Part shown: positions 19,385-28,562 of the stretch, piece after piece
Numbering within the stretch: the first letter of the stretch is position 1
Layout of the letters: the number at the start of each line of letters is the position of its first letter
NCBI GenBank assembly: GCA_017543595.1
Contig: JAFYFU010000019.1
Coordinates: 35,622 to 99,621, forward strand
Source: Ruminococcus sp.
GTDB taxonomy: Bacteria > Bacillota > Clostridia > Oscillospirales > Ruminococcaceae
Length of the DNA: 64,000 nucleotides
Reading direction: 5' to 3'
Position numbers and translations under genes: made by a program
The notes under the pieces: generated by a model
Seen by the model: the letters and a program-made list of their open reading frames with translations, nothing else
The model's database searches: none
Told to the model about the DNA's origin: nothing

Positions 19385-20164
19385 ATGAACAATAACGACA
19401 AATATAAAGTAATCAACAGGGATATGATGAAATACCTTGCAATAAGTCTTATGTTTATAGGACATACTATTGCATGGCTTAATTTAATGAAATATCCCCA
19501 TGACGACTATGCAGTATATCATATGCCTTTATGGCTGATTGTTATAAGTATGCTGTCGCTTTTCTGTCCGCCCGTAATGTTTTTCTTTATTGCGGACGGC
19601 TACAAATATACAAGGGACAGGAAAAAATATGCTCTCAGATTATTTGTATTTGCCTGCATAACTCAGCCTTTTCACTGGCTTCTGTTTCAGCCCGTAAACG
19701 GCTGGCGGAGTACAAATGTAATGTTCACGCTGTTTTTCGGACTGCTTGCAATTATGACATGGGAAAGCAGATATAAGCTCTGGCAGAGAATATTATTGAT
19801 AATTCTCTGTGATGCGGCAACGGTTGTTATATTTTCAGACTGGCTTGTAACAGGAGTTTTATTTATATTGTTCCTGCATATTTTCCGTGAACAGCCGAAA
19901 AAAAGACTTATTGCATATACATCTCTTGTGCTTTTAAACTATCTGCTTAATTTGTTTTCGCTCGGAAAAGTCCCGACATATAAATTAATCACAAATATAA
20001 TTGTGATGATTCTTGTATCAATGGCGGCATATTTCTGCATGACGACTTTTTACAACGGAAAAAAGGGAAAACACCCTGTTTTTGCGAAATGGTTCTTTTA
20101 CTGCTTTTATCCCGCACATCATTTAATAATTTATTTAATAAAGATCCTTATGGATAAAAAATAA
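19385..20164 (+). CDS. TraX-family membrane protein
   Basis: KYLAI..M.I.H, F.IADGY.YTRD.KKY..RLF.FA, NVMFTLFFGL, FY.FYPAH. Confidence 0.8.
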   Translation: MNNNDKYKVINRDMMKYLAISLMFIGHTIAWLNLMKYPHDDYAVYHMPLWLIVISMLSLFCPPVMFFFIADGYKYTRDRKKYALRLFVFACITQPFHWLLFQPVNGWRSTNVMFTLFFGLLAIMTWESRYKLWQRILLIILCDAATVVIFSDWLVTGVLFILFLHIFREQPKKRLIAYTSLVLLNYLLNLFSLGKVPTYKLITNIIVMILVSMAAYFCMTTFYNGKKGKHPVFAKWFFYCFYPAHHLIIYLIKILMDKK

Positions 20165-20191
20165 AATTTTAAACAGAAAGGAATGTTTTAA

Positions 20192-21205
20192 ATGAACAAT
20201 TCTGCACAGAAAACCACTTTCAACGATATTCCCTGCATACAGCTCAAAGCAGGCGGATATGAGGCTTTAATCGCCTACGAAATCGGCTCAAACGTAATAA
20301 GACTCCAAGACAGGAAAAACGGAATGGAATTTTTCCGTTTCAATCCCGAAAATACTCTCGCTGTTATAAAGCAGTCCGCAGAAGTATGGGGTCTGCCTAC
20401 TCTCTATCTGCCGAACAGATTCGCTGACGGAGTTCTTAAAACTTCCGATGCGGTTTATCAGCTTCCCGTGAACGAAAAAGCCCCCTATAACAACCATATT
20501 CACGGCTTTATCCACAAGAGAACCCATGAAGTCGTTGAACTCAATGCGGACAGCAATTGTGCATGGGTAAAGACAAGATATGTCTATGACGAAAATGACG
20601 AATTTTTCAAGTATCTCCCCGTACCTTTCACCGCTGAATATACTTTCACGCTTTCAGAAAACGGTCTTGAACAGAATATAAGCTTTACAAATAATTCGGG
20701 CGAAAAAGTTCTCCCCATGTCGCTTGCATCGCATACGGCAATAAACGCTCCCTTTGCAGTCGGTGGAAAAGAAGAAAATATCCGCCTTACCGTTCCGATT
20801 GGAAACAAGTGCGAACTCAATGAACGCTGTCTGCCTACCGAACAGTTCAAGGAACTGACAGAATGGGATTTGGAATACAAGAACGGCACAAAATGCCCTG
20901 TTTTGCAGGTCGTTGACAATGATATGTATTTCGGCGAATATATCGACATAAACGGCGAAAAATTCCACGGCATAATCGCCGAGGATACCGCAAGCGGAAA
21001 GAAACTCTGCTATGAAGTTTCAAAAGAGTATAATTTCTGGATTATCTGGAATGACAGAGGATTCAACCATTATTTCTGTCCCGAACCTATGACGGCTATG
21101 ATTGACGCTCCGAATCTTTCGCTTCCTGCGGAAATGACAGGCTATGTTGAAATAAAGCCCTCTGAGACTTTCACTTCACATCAGAGATTTTTCACAAAAT
21201 TATAA
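20192..21205 (+). CDS. Aldose 1-epimerase (mutarotase) family protein
   Basis: PNRFADG, NHIHG, SHTAIN, CPEP motifs. Confidence 0.85.
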   Translation: MNNSAQKTTFNDIPCIQLKAGGYEALIAYEIGSNVIRLQDRKNGMEFFRFNPENTLAVIKQSAEVWGLPTLYLPNRFADGVLKTSDAVYQLPVNEKAPYNNHIHGFIHKRTHEVVELNADSNCAWVKTRYVYDENDEFFKYLPVPFTAEYTFTLSENGLEQNISFTNNSGEKVLPMSLASHTAINAPFAVGGKEENIRLTVPIGNKCELNERCLPTEQFKELTEWDLEYKNGTKCPVLQVVDNDMYFGEYIDINGEKFHGIIAEDTASGKKLCYEVSKEYNFWIIWNDRGFNHYFCPEPMTAMIDAPNLSLPAEMTGYVEIKPSETFTSHQRFFTKL

Positions 21206-21209
21206 TATC

Positions 21210-21242
21210 AAAAGCGTCCCGAAAATTTCGGGGCGTTTTTTT
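21210..21242 (+). terminator. Intrinsic terminator
   Basis: GCGTCCCGAA/TTCGGGGCGT stem followed by T-tract. Confidence 0.8.
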
Positions 21243-21249
21243 AAATTCC

Positions 21250-21288
21250 TGTCCCTTTTTCGTCCTGTCAAACGAATATACATACAGA
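21250..21288 (+). promoter_or_regulatory. Putative alternative-sigma promoter (TGTCCC-N17-CGAATA)
   Basis: Near-identical bipartite motif with same spacing recurs at 32610-32648 on the minus strand. Confidence 0.5.
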
Positions 21289-21341
21289 TGACATAAGTCA
21301 TATGAAAAAAATCAAGAGATTAAAAAAGGAGTATTAAAAAA

Positions 21342-22346
21342 ATGGATATCGAATACCTTCTGCTTTTACAGCGATTCAGAAACTCAATCAATGACGCACT
21401 TACACCTTTCATGGAAGCAATTTCGCTTTTTGCGGTGACCTACCTCATTATAGTGCCTGCTTTCATATACTGGTGTATCGACAAAAAAAGCGGTCTTTAC
21501 ACGATAGGCTCATACAATGTCAGTGTTGCATTCAATGCGGTGTTAAAGCTTACAGCCTGCATTTACCGCCCGTGGATAAGAGACAGCCGTGTAATTCCCG
21601 CAGGTGATGCAATAACAACTGCAACGGGATATTCTTTCCCTAGCGGACACACAACAACAGCCGTTCCGATTTACGGAGGACTTGGAGTTTGTGCAAGAAA
21701 AGTACACAAATGGATTACAACTCTCTGCATTGTATGCCTTGTTCTTACAGCCTTTTCAAGAAACTATCTCGGAGTACACACTCCGCAGGACGTAGCAGTT
21801 GGAATCTTAATCGGAACACTTACACTTTTCGGTATGTCAAAGCTTTTCAAGTATGTTTCCGCACACCCCGAAAAAGAAAACTATTTCCTCCTCGGCGGAA
21901 TTTTATTCGGAATAGGTTCAATAATTTATATAACATTAAAATCCTACCCTATGGACTATGTTGACGGAAAACTCCTCGTTGACCCTCAGAAAATGATGAA
22001 GGACGGCTACGGAGATGTAGGTATGCTCATAGCTTTCTGCACAGCAAGATTCATTGAAAAAACATGGGTAAAATTCAAGCCCGTACTCACAAAGGATTCT
22101 CTCGCAGTAGGACTTGTCGGAGCTGTAATAACATTCTTCCTTGTACAGATGATTGGCTCTCCCCTTCAAACATTACTCGGACTTCACTGGGGCGCATTCG
22201 CAAAGAGTTTCATCATAATCACATTTATAGTAGCAGTATGGCCCGCAGTAATGAAACATTCCGCATCAAAACACGCTGAAATCCCCGAAAATACAGAGAT
22301 TCCCGAAAGAATCCAAATCACTGAAAAATCTGAAATAGTTGCATGA
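21342..22346 (+). CDS. PAP2-family membrane phosphatase
   Basis: K....IYRP, SFPSGHT, SRNYLGVH..QD motifs. Confidence 0.9.
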   Translation: MDIEYLLLLQRFRNSINDALTPFMEAISLFAVTYLIIVPAFIYWCIDKKSGLYTIGSYNVSVAFNAVLKLTACIYRPWIRDSRVIPAGDAITTATGYSFPSGHTTTAVPIYGGLGVCARKVHKWITTLCIVCLVLTAFSRNYLGVHTPQDVAVGILIGTLTLFGMSKLFKYVSAHPEKENYFLLGGILFGIGSIIYITLKSYPMDYVDGKLLVDPQKMMKDGYGDVGMLIAFCTARFIEKTWVKFKPVLTKDSLAVGLVGAVITFFLVQMIGSPLQTLLGLHWGAFAKSFIIITFIVAVWPAVMKHSASKHAEIPENTEIPERIQITEKSEIVA

Positions 22347-22451
22347 TTCAAAAGCCCGACAAATATGTCGGGTTTTCTTTTACGGGGCTTTTTGTTGAAA
22401 ATGCACAAAAACTAACTCAAAATACCTACACTATGAATTTTCAATAATCTA

Positions 22452-22480
22452 TTGTAATATTTTTGTATATGTGTTATAAT
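22452..22480 (+). promoter_or_regulatory. sigma-A promoter of cbp
   Basis: TTGTAA-17 nt-TATAAT with extended TG. Confidence 0.7.
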
Positions 22481-22548
22481 ATACTCAGCGCATTTTGTCC
22501 GCCTTGTCGGATACTTGCTGTAATGTATATAACAAAGGAGTACAAATT

Positions 22549-25005
22549 ATGAAGTTCGGATTTTTTGACGATGCTAATAAGGAATATGTCATCAACTCTC
22601 CAAAAACACCCTATCCTTGGATAAACTACCTCGGAAATCAAGGATTTTTCTCACTCATCTCAAACACAGCAGGCGGTTACTGCTTCTATAAAGATGCCCG
22701 CCTCAGAAGAATCACCCGTTACCGCTATAACAATGTTCCGATAGATATGGGCGGACGCTACTTCTACATAAACGACAACGGTACAATCTGGAACCCCGGC
22801 TGGTCACCCTGCAAGACAGAACTCGATTCATATGAGTGCCGTCACGGTATGGGCTACACTGTCATCACAGGTAAAAAGAACGATATAAAGGCAGAAGTTA
22901 CTTTCTTCGTTCCTCAGAACTATGACGGTGAAGTTCAGCAGGTCGTTCTCACAAACGAGGGCAGCGCAGACAAGACTTTCAAATTCTTCTCATTCGCTGA
23001 ATGGTGTCTCTGGGACGCTCAGGACGACTGCACAAATTTCCAGAGAAATTTCTCGACAGGTCGTGTTGAAGTTGAAAACAGCACTATCTACCACAAGACA
23101 GAATACAGAGACAGAAGAAATCATTTCGCTTTCTATACCGTAAATGATACCATTGACGGCTATGACACAGACCGTGATTCATTTATCGGTCTTTACAACG
23201 GATTCAACGACCCGCAGGCTGTTACGGCAGGAAAAGCAAATAACTCCTTCGCTGACGGCTGGTCGCCCATAGCTTCACACTACAAAGAAATTACCCTCAA
23301 AGCAGGCGAATCAAAGACTCTTGTTTTCATTCTCGGCTATGTTGAGAACCCCGATGACAAAAAATTCCTTGAAGACGGCGTTACAATCAACAAGGAAAAA
23401 GCCTATGCAATGATTGAAAAATACAATACTCCCGAAAAGGTTGCCGCAGGTCTTGAAGAATTAAAGGCTGCATGGAACGAACTCCTCGGAATATTCAACG
23501 TAAATACTCCCGATGACAAGGTAAACCGCATGGTTAATATCTGGAATCAGTATCAGTGTATGGTAACATTCAACCTCTCACGTTCTGCTTCATACTTTGA
23601 AAGCGGTATCGGTCGTGGTATGGGATTCCGTGACTCCAATCAGGATATTCTCGGTTTCGTTCATCAGATTCCCGACAGAGCAAGAGAAAGACTTATTGAC
23701 CTCGCTGCTACTCAGCTTGAAGACGGCGGCTGCTATCACCAGTATCAGCCCCTTACAAAGAAGGGCAATTCCGATATCGGCGGCGACTTCTCAGATGACC
23801 CGCTCTGGATGATTCTTTCAGTAGGCGCATACATCAAGGAAACAGGCGACTGGTCTATCCTTGACGAAAAAGTTCCCTATGACAATGACGAATCAAAGGC
23901 TCAGTCAATGCTTGACCACCTCACTGTTTCATTCTATCATATCGTAAACAATCTCGGACCTCACGGACTTCCCCTCGCTATGCGTGCTGACTGGAACGAC
24001 TGTATCAACCTTTCATGTTTCTCGGACAAGCCCGGCGAGAGCTTCCAGACATATACAAACCCGAAATTCGCAGCAGAAGGCGGTTATTCAAAGATTGCCG
24101 AATCCGTTATGGTTGCCACACTTTTCACATATGCAGGTCCTTCATATGTAGGTATCCTCAAACACCTCGGAAAAGATGATGAGGCTGCAAAGGCTCAGGC
24201 TGAAATCGACAAGATGAAGAAGAATGTTATGGAATCTGCTTTTGACGGCGACTGGTTCCTCAGAGCTTATGACGCTTACGGCAACAAGATGGGTTCAAAG
24301 GAATGTGAAGAAGGCAAAATCTTCATCGAACCACAGGGATTTGCTGTTATGTCAGAAATCGGCAAGGACGAGGGCGCAGACATCAAGACACTCAATTCCA
24401 TTGACAAGTACCTCAATACAAAGTACGGTCTTGTTCTCAACAATCCCGCTTTCACAAAATACTATATACAGTACGGCGAAATTTCCACATACCCCGGCGG
24501 TTACAAGGAAAATGCAGGTATCTTCACTCACAACAATGCATGGATAATCTGTGCTGAGGCTTATGCAGGTCGTGGCGACAAGGCTTTTGAATACTATTCA
24601 AAGATTGCTCCCGCATTCAATGAGGATATATCAGAACTCCACAAGACCGAACCCTATGTTTACGGTCAGATGATTGCAGGTAAGGACGCAAGCCGTTTCG
24701 GTGAGGGCAAAAACTCATGGCTTACAGGTACTGCTGCATGGAATATGGTTGCTATTTCTCAGTATATTCTCGGTGTTCAGCCCGCATTTGACGGTCTTTC
24801 GGTTGACCCGTCAATTCCTCACGAATGGGACGGATTTACCGCTGTACGTAAGTTCCGTGGCGCAACATTCAATATCACTGTAAAGAACCCGAATCACGTT
24901 TGCAAGGGCGTTAAGTCAATGACTGTTGACGGAAAGGCAATTGAGGGAACTGTTATCCCTGCTTGTGACGGCGGAGTTCACGAAGTTGAAATTATAATGG
25001 GCTGA
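22549..25005 (+). CDS. cbp: Cellobiose phosphorylase (GH94)
   Basis: [16 protein letters not shown]-terminus, [14 protein letters not shown] catalytic Asp, SWLTGTAAW; start ATG 22549 after AAGGAG. Confidence 0.92.
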   Translation: MKFGFFDDANKEYVINSPKTPYPWINYLGNQGFFSLISNTAGGYCFYKDARLRRITRYRYNNVPIDMGGRYFYINDNGTIWNPGWSPCKTELDSYECRHGMGYTVITGKKNDIKAEVTFFVPQNYDGEVQQVVLTNEGSADKTFKFFSFAEWCLWDAQDDCTNFQRNFSTGRVEVENSTIYHKTEYRDRRNHFAFYTVNDTIDGYDTDRDSFIGLYNGFNDPQAVTAGKANNSFADGWSPIASHYKEITLKAGESKTLVFILGYVENPDDKKFLEDGVTINKEKAYAMIEKYNTPEKVAAGLEELKAAWNELLGIFNVNTPDDKVNRMVNIWNQYQCMVTFNLSRSASYFESGIGRGMGFRDSNQDILGFVHQIPDRARERLIDLAATQLEDGGCYHQYQPLTKKGNSDIGGDFSDDPLWMILSVGAYIKETGDWSILDEKVPYDNDESKAQSMLDHLTVSFYHIVNNLGPHGLPLAMRADWNDCINLSCFSDKPGESFQTYTNPKFAAEGGYSKIAESVMVATLFTYAGPSYVGILKHLGKDDEAAKAQAEIDKMKKNVMESAFDGDWFLRAYDAYGNKMGSKECEEGKIFIEPQGFAVMSEIGKDEGADIKTLNSIDKYLNTKYGLVLNNPAFTKYYIQYGEISTYPGGYKENAGIFTHNNAWIICAEAYAGRGDKAFEYYSKIAPAFNEDISELHKTEPYVYGQMIAGKDASRFGEGKNSWLTGTAAWNMVAISQYILGVQPAFDGLSVDPSIPHEWDGFTAVRKFRGATFNITVKNPNHVCKGVKSMTVDGKAIEGTVIPACDGGVHEVEIIMG

Positions 25006-25021
25006 TTCCTCCTCTTTATAT

Positions 25022-25055
25022 AAAAAGGCAGGCTCTTTCGGGAGCCTGCTTTTTT
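25022..25055. terminator. Bidirectional intrinsic terminator
   Basis: GCAGGCTC/GAGCCTGC stem with A/T tracts. Confidence 0.88.
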
Positions 25056-25084
25056 GTTGTATAATTAAATTGAAATTTAACAAA

Positions 25085-25582
25085 TTAAAGATTGGATAAT
25101 ACCCAACATATTTCCACTAAAACAAATAAAATCATTATAAGTGCTATTGCCCCTAACGCATTGTTTCTTCTATCTCCTGTCAATGCTTTATTAACAATAT
25201 CTGCTTCATTTTCTGTGGGATTGTAATTACCCACACAACTTTCAGTAGTGCCGTCTGTATAGGTTACTTCAATACCACCTACACGAATATAACGCATTTG
25301 TGTGGTATACCACCAAGGTGCAGCTGAACCTGTATTTCTCAATTTTCCTGCCGGCAACAAATCAAAATCACTTGTAACTGCCTCACATTTGCCAAATTGG
25401 TCAATAAGTGGCTCGTCTGCACCATTATAAGGGACAAACATTATTGTGTATTTTTTTATGTCTTTAGTTCCGCAATTTATTACACTGTAAGTTAAATCGA
25501 TTCCACCTGCCGAATTTGACCCTGCTACCATAATATTGTTTTCATTATAGTGTCCAAATTTTATGTTTTCAACTCTAAGCAT
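25085..25582 (-). CDS. Hypothetical protein, beta-rich domain with C-terminal TM helix
   Basis: 165-aa ORF with GGAGGG RBS; AT-rich; no recognised family. Confidence 0.65.
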   Translation of the reverse strand: MLRVENIKFGHYNENNIMVAGSNSAGGIDLTYSVINCGTKDIKKYTIMFVPYNGADEPLIDQFGKCEAVTSDFDLLPAGKLRNTGSAAPWWYTTQMRYIRVGGIEVTYTDGTTESCVGNYNPTENEADIVNKALTGDRRNNALGAIALIMILFVLVEICWVLSNL

Positions 25583-25721
25583 TTATTTTCCCTCCTTTCA
25601 GTTCACCGCATTAATGCAGTTTTTATTTCCAAGTAAATTATATCATAAAAAAATCAAATTGTCAACATATGTGTTCAAAAAATTTTATTTTTCGGTATAT
25701 CATATTATCAGGGGTGATAAT

Positions 25722-25955
25722 ATGTACAGTCCGACTTTGGATTCTAAAATTGTCGGAAAGGTAATCGCAGATTTCCGAAAAAAGAAAGGCTTTTCACAAG
25801 AAGTTTTAAGCGGTTTTGCCGATATAGGCAGAACACATCTGAGTGCAATAGAAAGGGGCGAACGCAAACCCACTCTTGAAACGCTTTACAGAATTTCCTC
25901 AGCCCTTGATGTAAAAATGAGCGAAATTGTCACTGAAATTGAAAAGTTTATCTGA
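25722..25955 (+). CDS. XRE-family HTH regulator
   Basis: RKKKGFSQEVLS...IGRTHLSAIERGERKPTLETL; start ATG 25722 after GGGGTG. Confidence 0.9.
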   Translation: MYSPTLDSKIVGKVIADFRKKKGFSQEVLSGFADIGRTHLSAIERGERKPTLETLYRISSALDVKMSEIVTEIEKFI

Positions 25956-26117
25956 CATCAATTAAAAACCTTATTTTCTCCCTGAATCAAGCCCTTATTT
26001 ATTATAACACACGAATTTTCCAAAGTATAGAGTTATTTAAGAAGCAGAAAGCGAATCGTTTCCGAATACAAATCCGCACACAAAAAAAGACCGCCTTTCG
26101 GGGCAGTCTTTTTTAGG

Positions 26118-26369
26118 TTATTCTTCCTCTTCCTGCGGCTTTTCGCAATAAAGATTCTTCAAGGCAAACTCAATGCACTGATTGACAAGTTTGTTAAAAG
26201 AAATCATATTTTCCGCCGCAAGTTTTTCAAGATATTCTGCTTTTTCCTCAGACAGCCTTATAGTTTTTGACACGCTTGAGTAACCTTTTGCAATTTTGAA
26301 CATCTTATCCTCCGAAAGTATGCAGAAGGACATATCCTTATTGATTATGGAGTCATTTTGAGACTGCAT
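26118..26369 (-). CDS. Ribbon-helix-helix (Arc/CopG-like) DNA-binding protein
   Basis: SKTIRLSEE...LEKLAAENMISFNKLVNQCIEFAL pattern; start uncertain. Confidence 0.65.
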   Translation of the reverse strand: MQSQNDSIINKDMSFCILSEDKMFKIAKGYSSVSKTIRLSEEKAEYLEKLAAENMISFNKLVNQCIEFALKNLYCEKPQEEEE

Positions 26370-26595
26370 TTTTTCTGAAGTGACCTCCTTTCACTGTCTG
26401 TATTCTCCTTAACCTTATATTATAACAAATACAGAACAATATGTCAATAAAAATTTCAAGTTATAATATAAAAATAAAGAAAGAACAGTTTTTACAGTAA
26501 AATTATAACATTTTATGCATATAAAGTATAGATTCAGTTTATGAATCAAAAAGCGATTCTTTAACGCTTAAAAAACGATTTTTTTACAAACAGGC

Positions 26596-26624
26596 TTGAC
26601 TTTTGGGGATAAATATGTTATAAT
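26596..26624 (+). promoter_or_regulatory. sigma-A promoter of HEPN-like gene
   Basis: TTGACT-17 nt-TATAAT. Confidence 0.75.
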
Positions 26625-26653
26625 TATATAAATAATTGCTAAGGAGAATCTGT

Positions 26654-27106
26654 ATGGCTGAAAAAAATTACATAAAATATGAACTCTACAAAACACACAA
26701 AACAAAGCTTTCAAAGGCTATGAAAAATGAATTTTACTTTGAGGCTGTTCTTATTGAATACTCAATAATCGAGGACAGAATTGATTCACTTTTCCGCTCG
26801 GTCGGCTGCAAACTTGATAATAAGCTTTATAAAAACCTGAACAAAATGAAATCAAATCCAATATTCACAAACGATAAATTTATCCGTGAAAGAATAACAA
26901 TTGAACTTGTAGAAAAGCTCCATGAATGGAGAATCGCAAGAAATGAAGCTGTCCATGCACTTTTCAAAGAACAAAATATCGACACTGACTACAAAAAACT
27001 GGCTGAGGACGGCTATGAACTGCAAAGAATACTTGACAATAAAGTCAGCTCAATAACAAGGCATTTTGACAGAATCAAAGAAAAAGAAGAAAACAATAAA
27101 CAATAA
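26654..27106 (+). CDS. Hypothetical protein with HEPN-like Rx4H motif
   Basis: All-helical; N-terminal EAVLIEYSIIEDR and RNEAVH motif; start ATG 26654 after AAGGAG. Confidence 0.6.
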   Translation: MAEKNYIKYELYKTHKTKLSKAMKNEFYFEAVLIEYSIIEDRIDSLFRSVGCKLDNKLYKNLNKMKSNPIFTNDKFIRERITIELVEKLHEWRIARNEAVHALFKEQNIDTDYKKLAEDGYELQRILDNKVSSITRHFDRIKEKEENNKQ

Positions 27107-27133
27107 AAAAATCCCCCTTTTCAGGGGGATTTG
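27105..27133. terminator. Bidirectional terminator, sequence shared with 46703-46734
   Basis: AAAAAATCCCCCTTTTCAGGGGG hairpin. Confidence 0.8.
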
Positions 27134-27134
27134 C

Positions 27135-28547
27135 TTATTTATCGGATTCGGCACACAAAGCACCTGCAACTGCCCAGAATATCGGGGAAAATCCTATACT
27201 TCCGCAGCCTATTAAGAATATAAGTATTCCGCTTATTGATGCAAAGAAAAATACTGTTTTCGTCCATGAGTGATTTTTTTTCAGTTTTTTCAAGCCTATG
27301 GAAATAACCGAAACAAGCACGCATATCAGGGCAATAAGTGAAGGCACGCCCCTTGTTGCGGCTGTATACAGGTATTCATTGTATACCCTGTCGAAAGTTC
27401 CTTTATTTCTTGAAACTATATCGCTTATATCGGAAGTTTCAATGTCAAGGTCAGCAGTTGTGTAAAGCTGGGGATATACAAGCTGGTCAGGACCTGTACC
27501 CGTTAAAACTCTGTCTTTGATTATATTAATTGTCTTTTTGTTTAACGTATAATAAACGTCATAGGTATCAGTTATATCGACAACTTTTGAATCAGGTTCA
27601 CCGCAGGCAGAAATACGCATATAGCCGTCCGCCCACCATAAAATCTGACCGTCACGAAGTTTATAATTTCCCGCATTTCCGACAATTCCGCCGTTTACAA
27701 GGAGTACCGACAATACTGCGGGAATTATTACGGAAAGCACCGACAAAAGCCTTATTTTCGGGGCTTTTTCTTTTATTACGGCTGTTACTGCCATTATTAC
27801 GCTTAATGCAAGACCGCAGATTCCTATAAACGAATAAGTGAATATCATTACAAACGAATACAGGCAGGAACATATTATGAAAAATATTCTTTTCTTTTTG
27901 CTGTCCGAAAGCGCATATCCCAGAAGTGCCGTAACAAGGCAGATTGTCAGGAACATTGCCAAAAACAAGGGCGACTGCATAAGACCCGATGCCGCATTTA
28001 TTTCCGTATTGATTGAAGCATATATGTAATGGCTGAAACTCCCTGTAAATATCTGTATAAGACTCCAAAGCGAATTGAAAATACCTGCGCCCGTTATGCC
28101 GTAAACAAGCGTTTCAAAGGCTTTTTCCTTTTTTATTGCCGAAGCCGTCACGAAAAAACCAAAATAAAACAATATCGCAAGAAATCCCTCTCCCCTGCCG
28201 ACATAGCCGTTAAGGGAAATATTTATATCATAGGAATTTATCAGCGATACAACGCACCACAGAACCATTGCGCCAAAAGCACACACGGGAAACATTATCT
28301 TTCTGACATATTTTTTAATAATCGCTATCAGTGCAAGAATAAGGCAGATAACGCCCGATATTGCAAGACCTGCGCCTGACATCGAATAAAATCCCCTGTT
28401 CATGGTAATTTCGGGTATCATAGTAAAAAGCGATACTCCGAAACAGGCGCACATAAGCCCTACTGATGCTATTTTGGAATATTTTTCCTCTGTCATGTTG
28501 AGGATAAAATTTGATTTTTCAGATGAATTGAATATTGTCTTAGCCAT
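27135..28547 (-). CDS. O-antigen ligase (Wzy_C/WaaL-like) family membrane protein
   Basis: ~12 TM, GRGEG, LTGTGPD periplasmic loop, DRVYNEYL...ATRG motif. Confidence 0.72.
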   Translation of the reverse strand: MAKTIFNSSEKSNFILNMTEEKYSKIASVGLMCACFGVSLFTMIPEITMNRGFYSMSGAGLAISGVICLILALIAIIKKYVRKIMFPVCAFGAMVLWCVVSLINSYDINISLNGYVGRGEGFLAILFYFGFFVTASAIKKEKAFETLVYGITGAGIFNSLWSLIQIFTGSFSHYIYASINTEINAASGLMQSPLFLAMFLTICLVTALLGYALSDSKKKRIFFIICSCLYSFVMIFTYSFIGICGLALSVIMAVTAVIKEKAPKIRLLSVLSVIIPAVLSVLLVNGGIVGNAGNYKLRDGQILWWADGYMRISACGEPDSKVVDITDTYDVYYTLNKKTINIIKDRVLTGTGPDQLVYPQLYTTADLDIETSDISDIVSRNKGTFDRVYNEYLYTAATRGVPSLIALICVLVSVISIGLKKLKKNHSWTKTVFFFASISGILIFLIGCGSIGFSPIFWAVAGALCAESDK

Positions 28548-28562
28548 TGTAAAAGCCTTTCC

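Noticed and set aside
19385-20164. Conjugative element implied by TraX
   Set aside because: There are no other tra, relaxase or T4SS genes, and the gene sits in a housekeeping operon. TraX-family membrane proteins are common as stand-alone genes.
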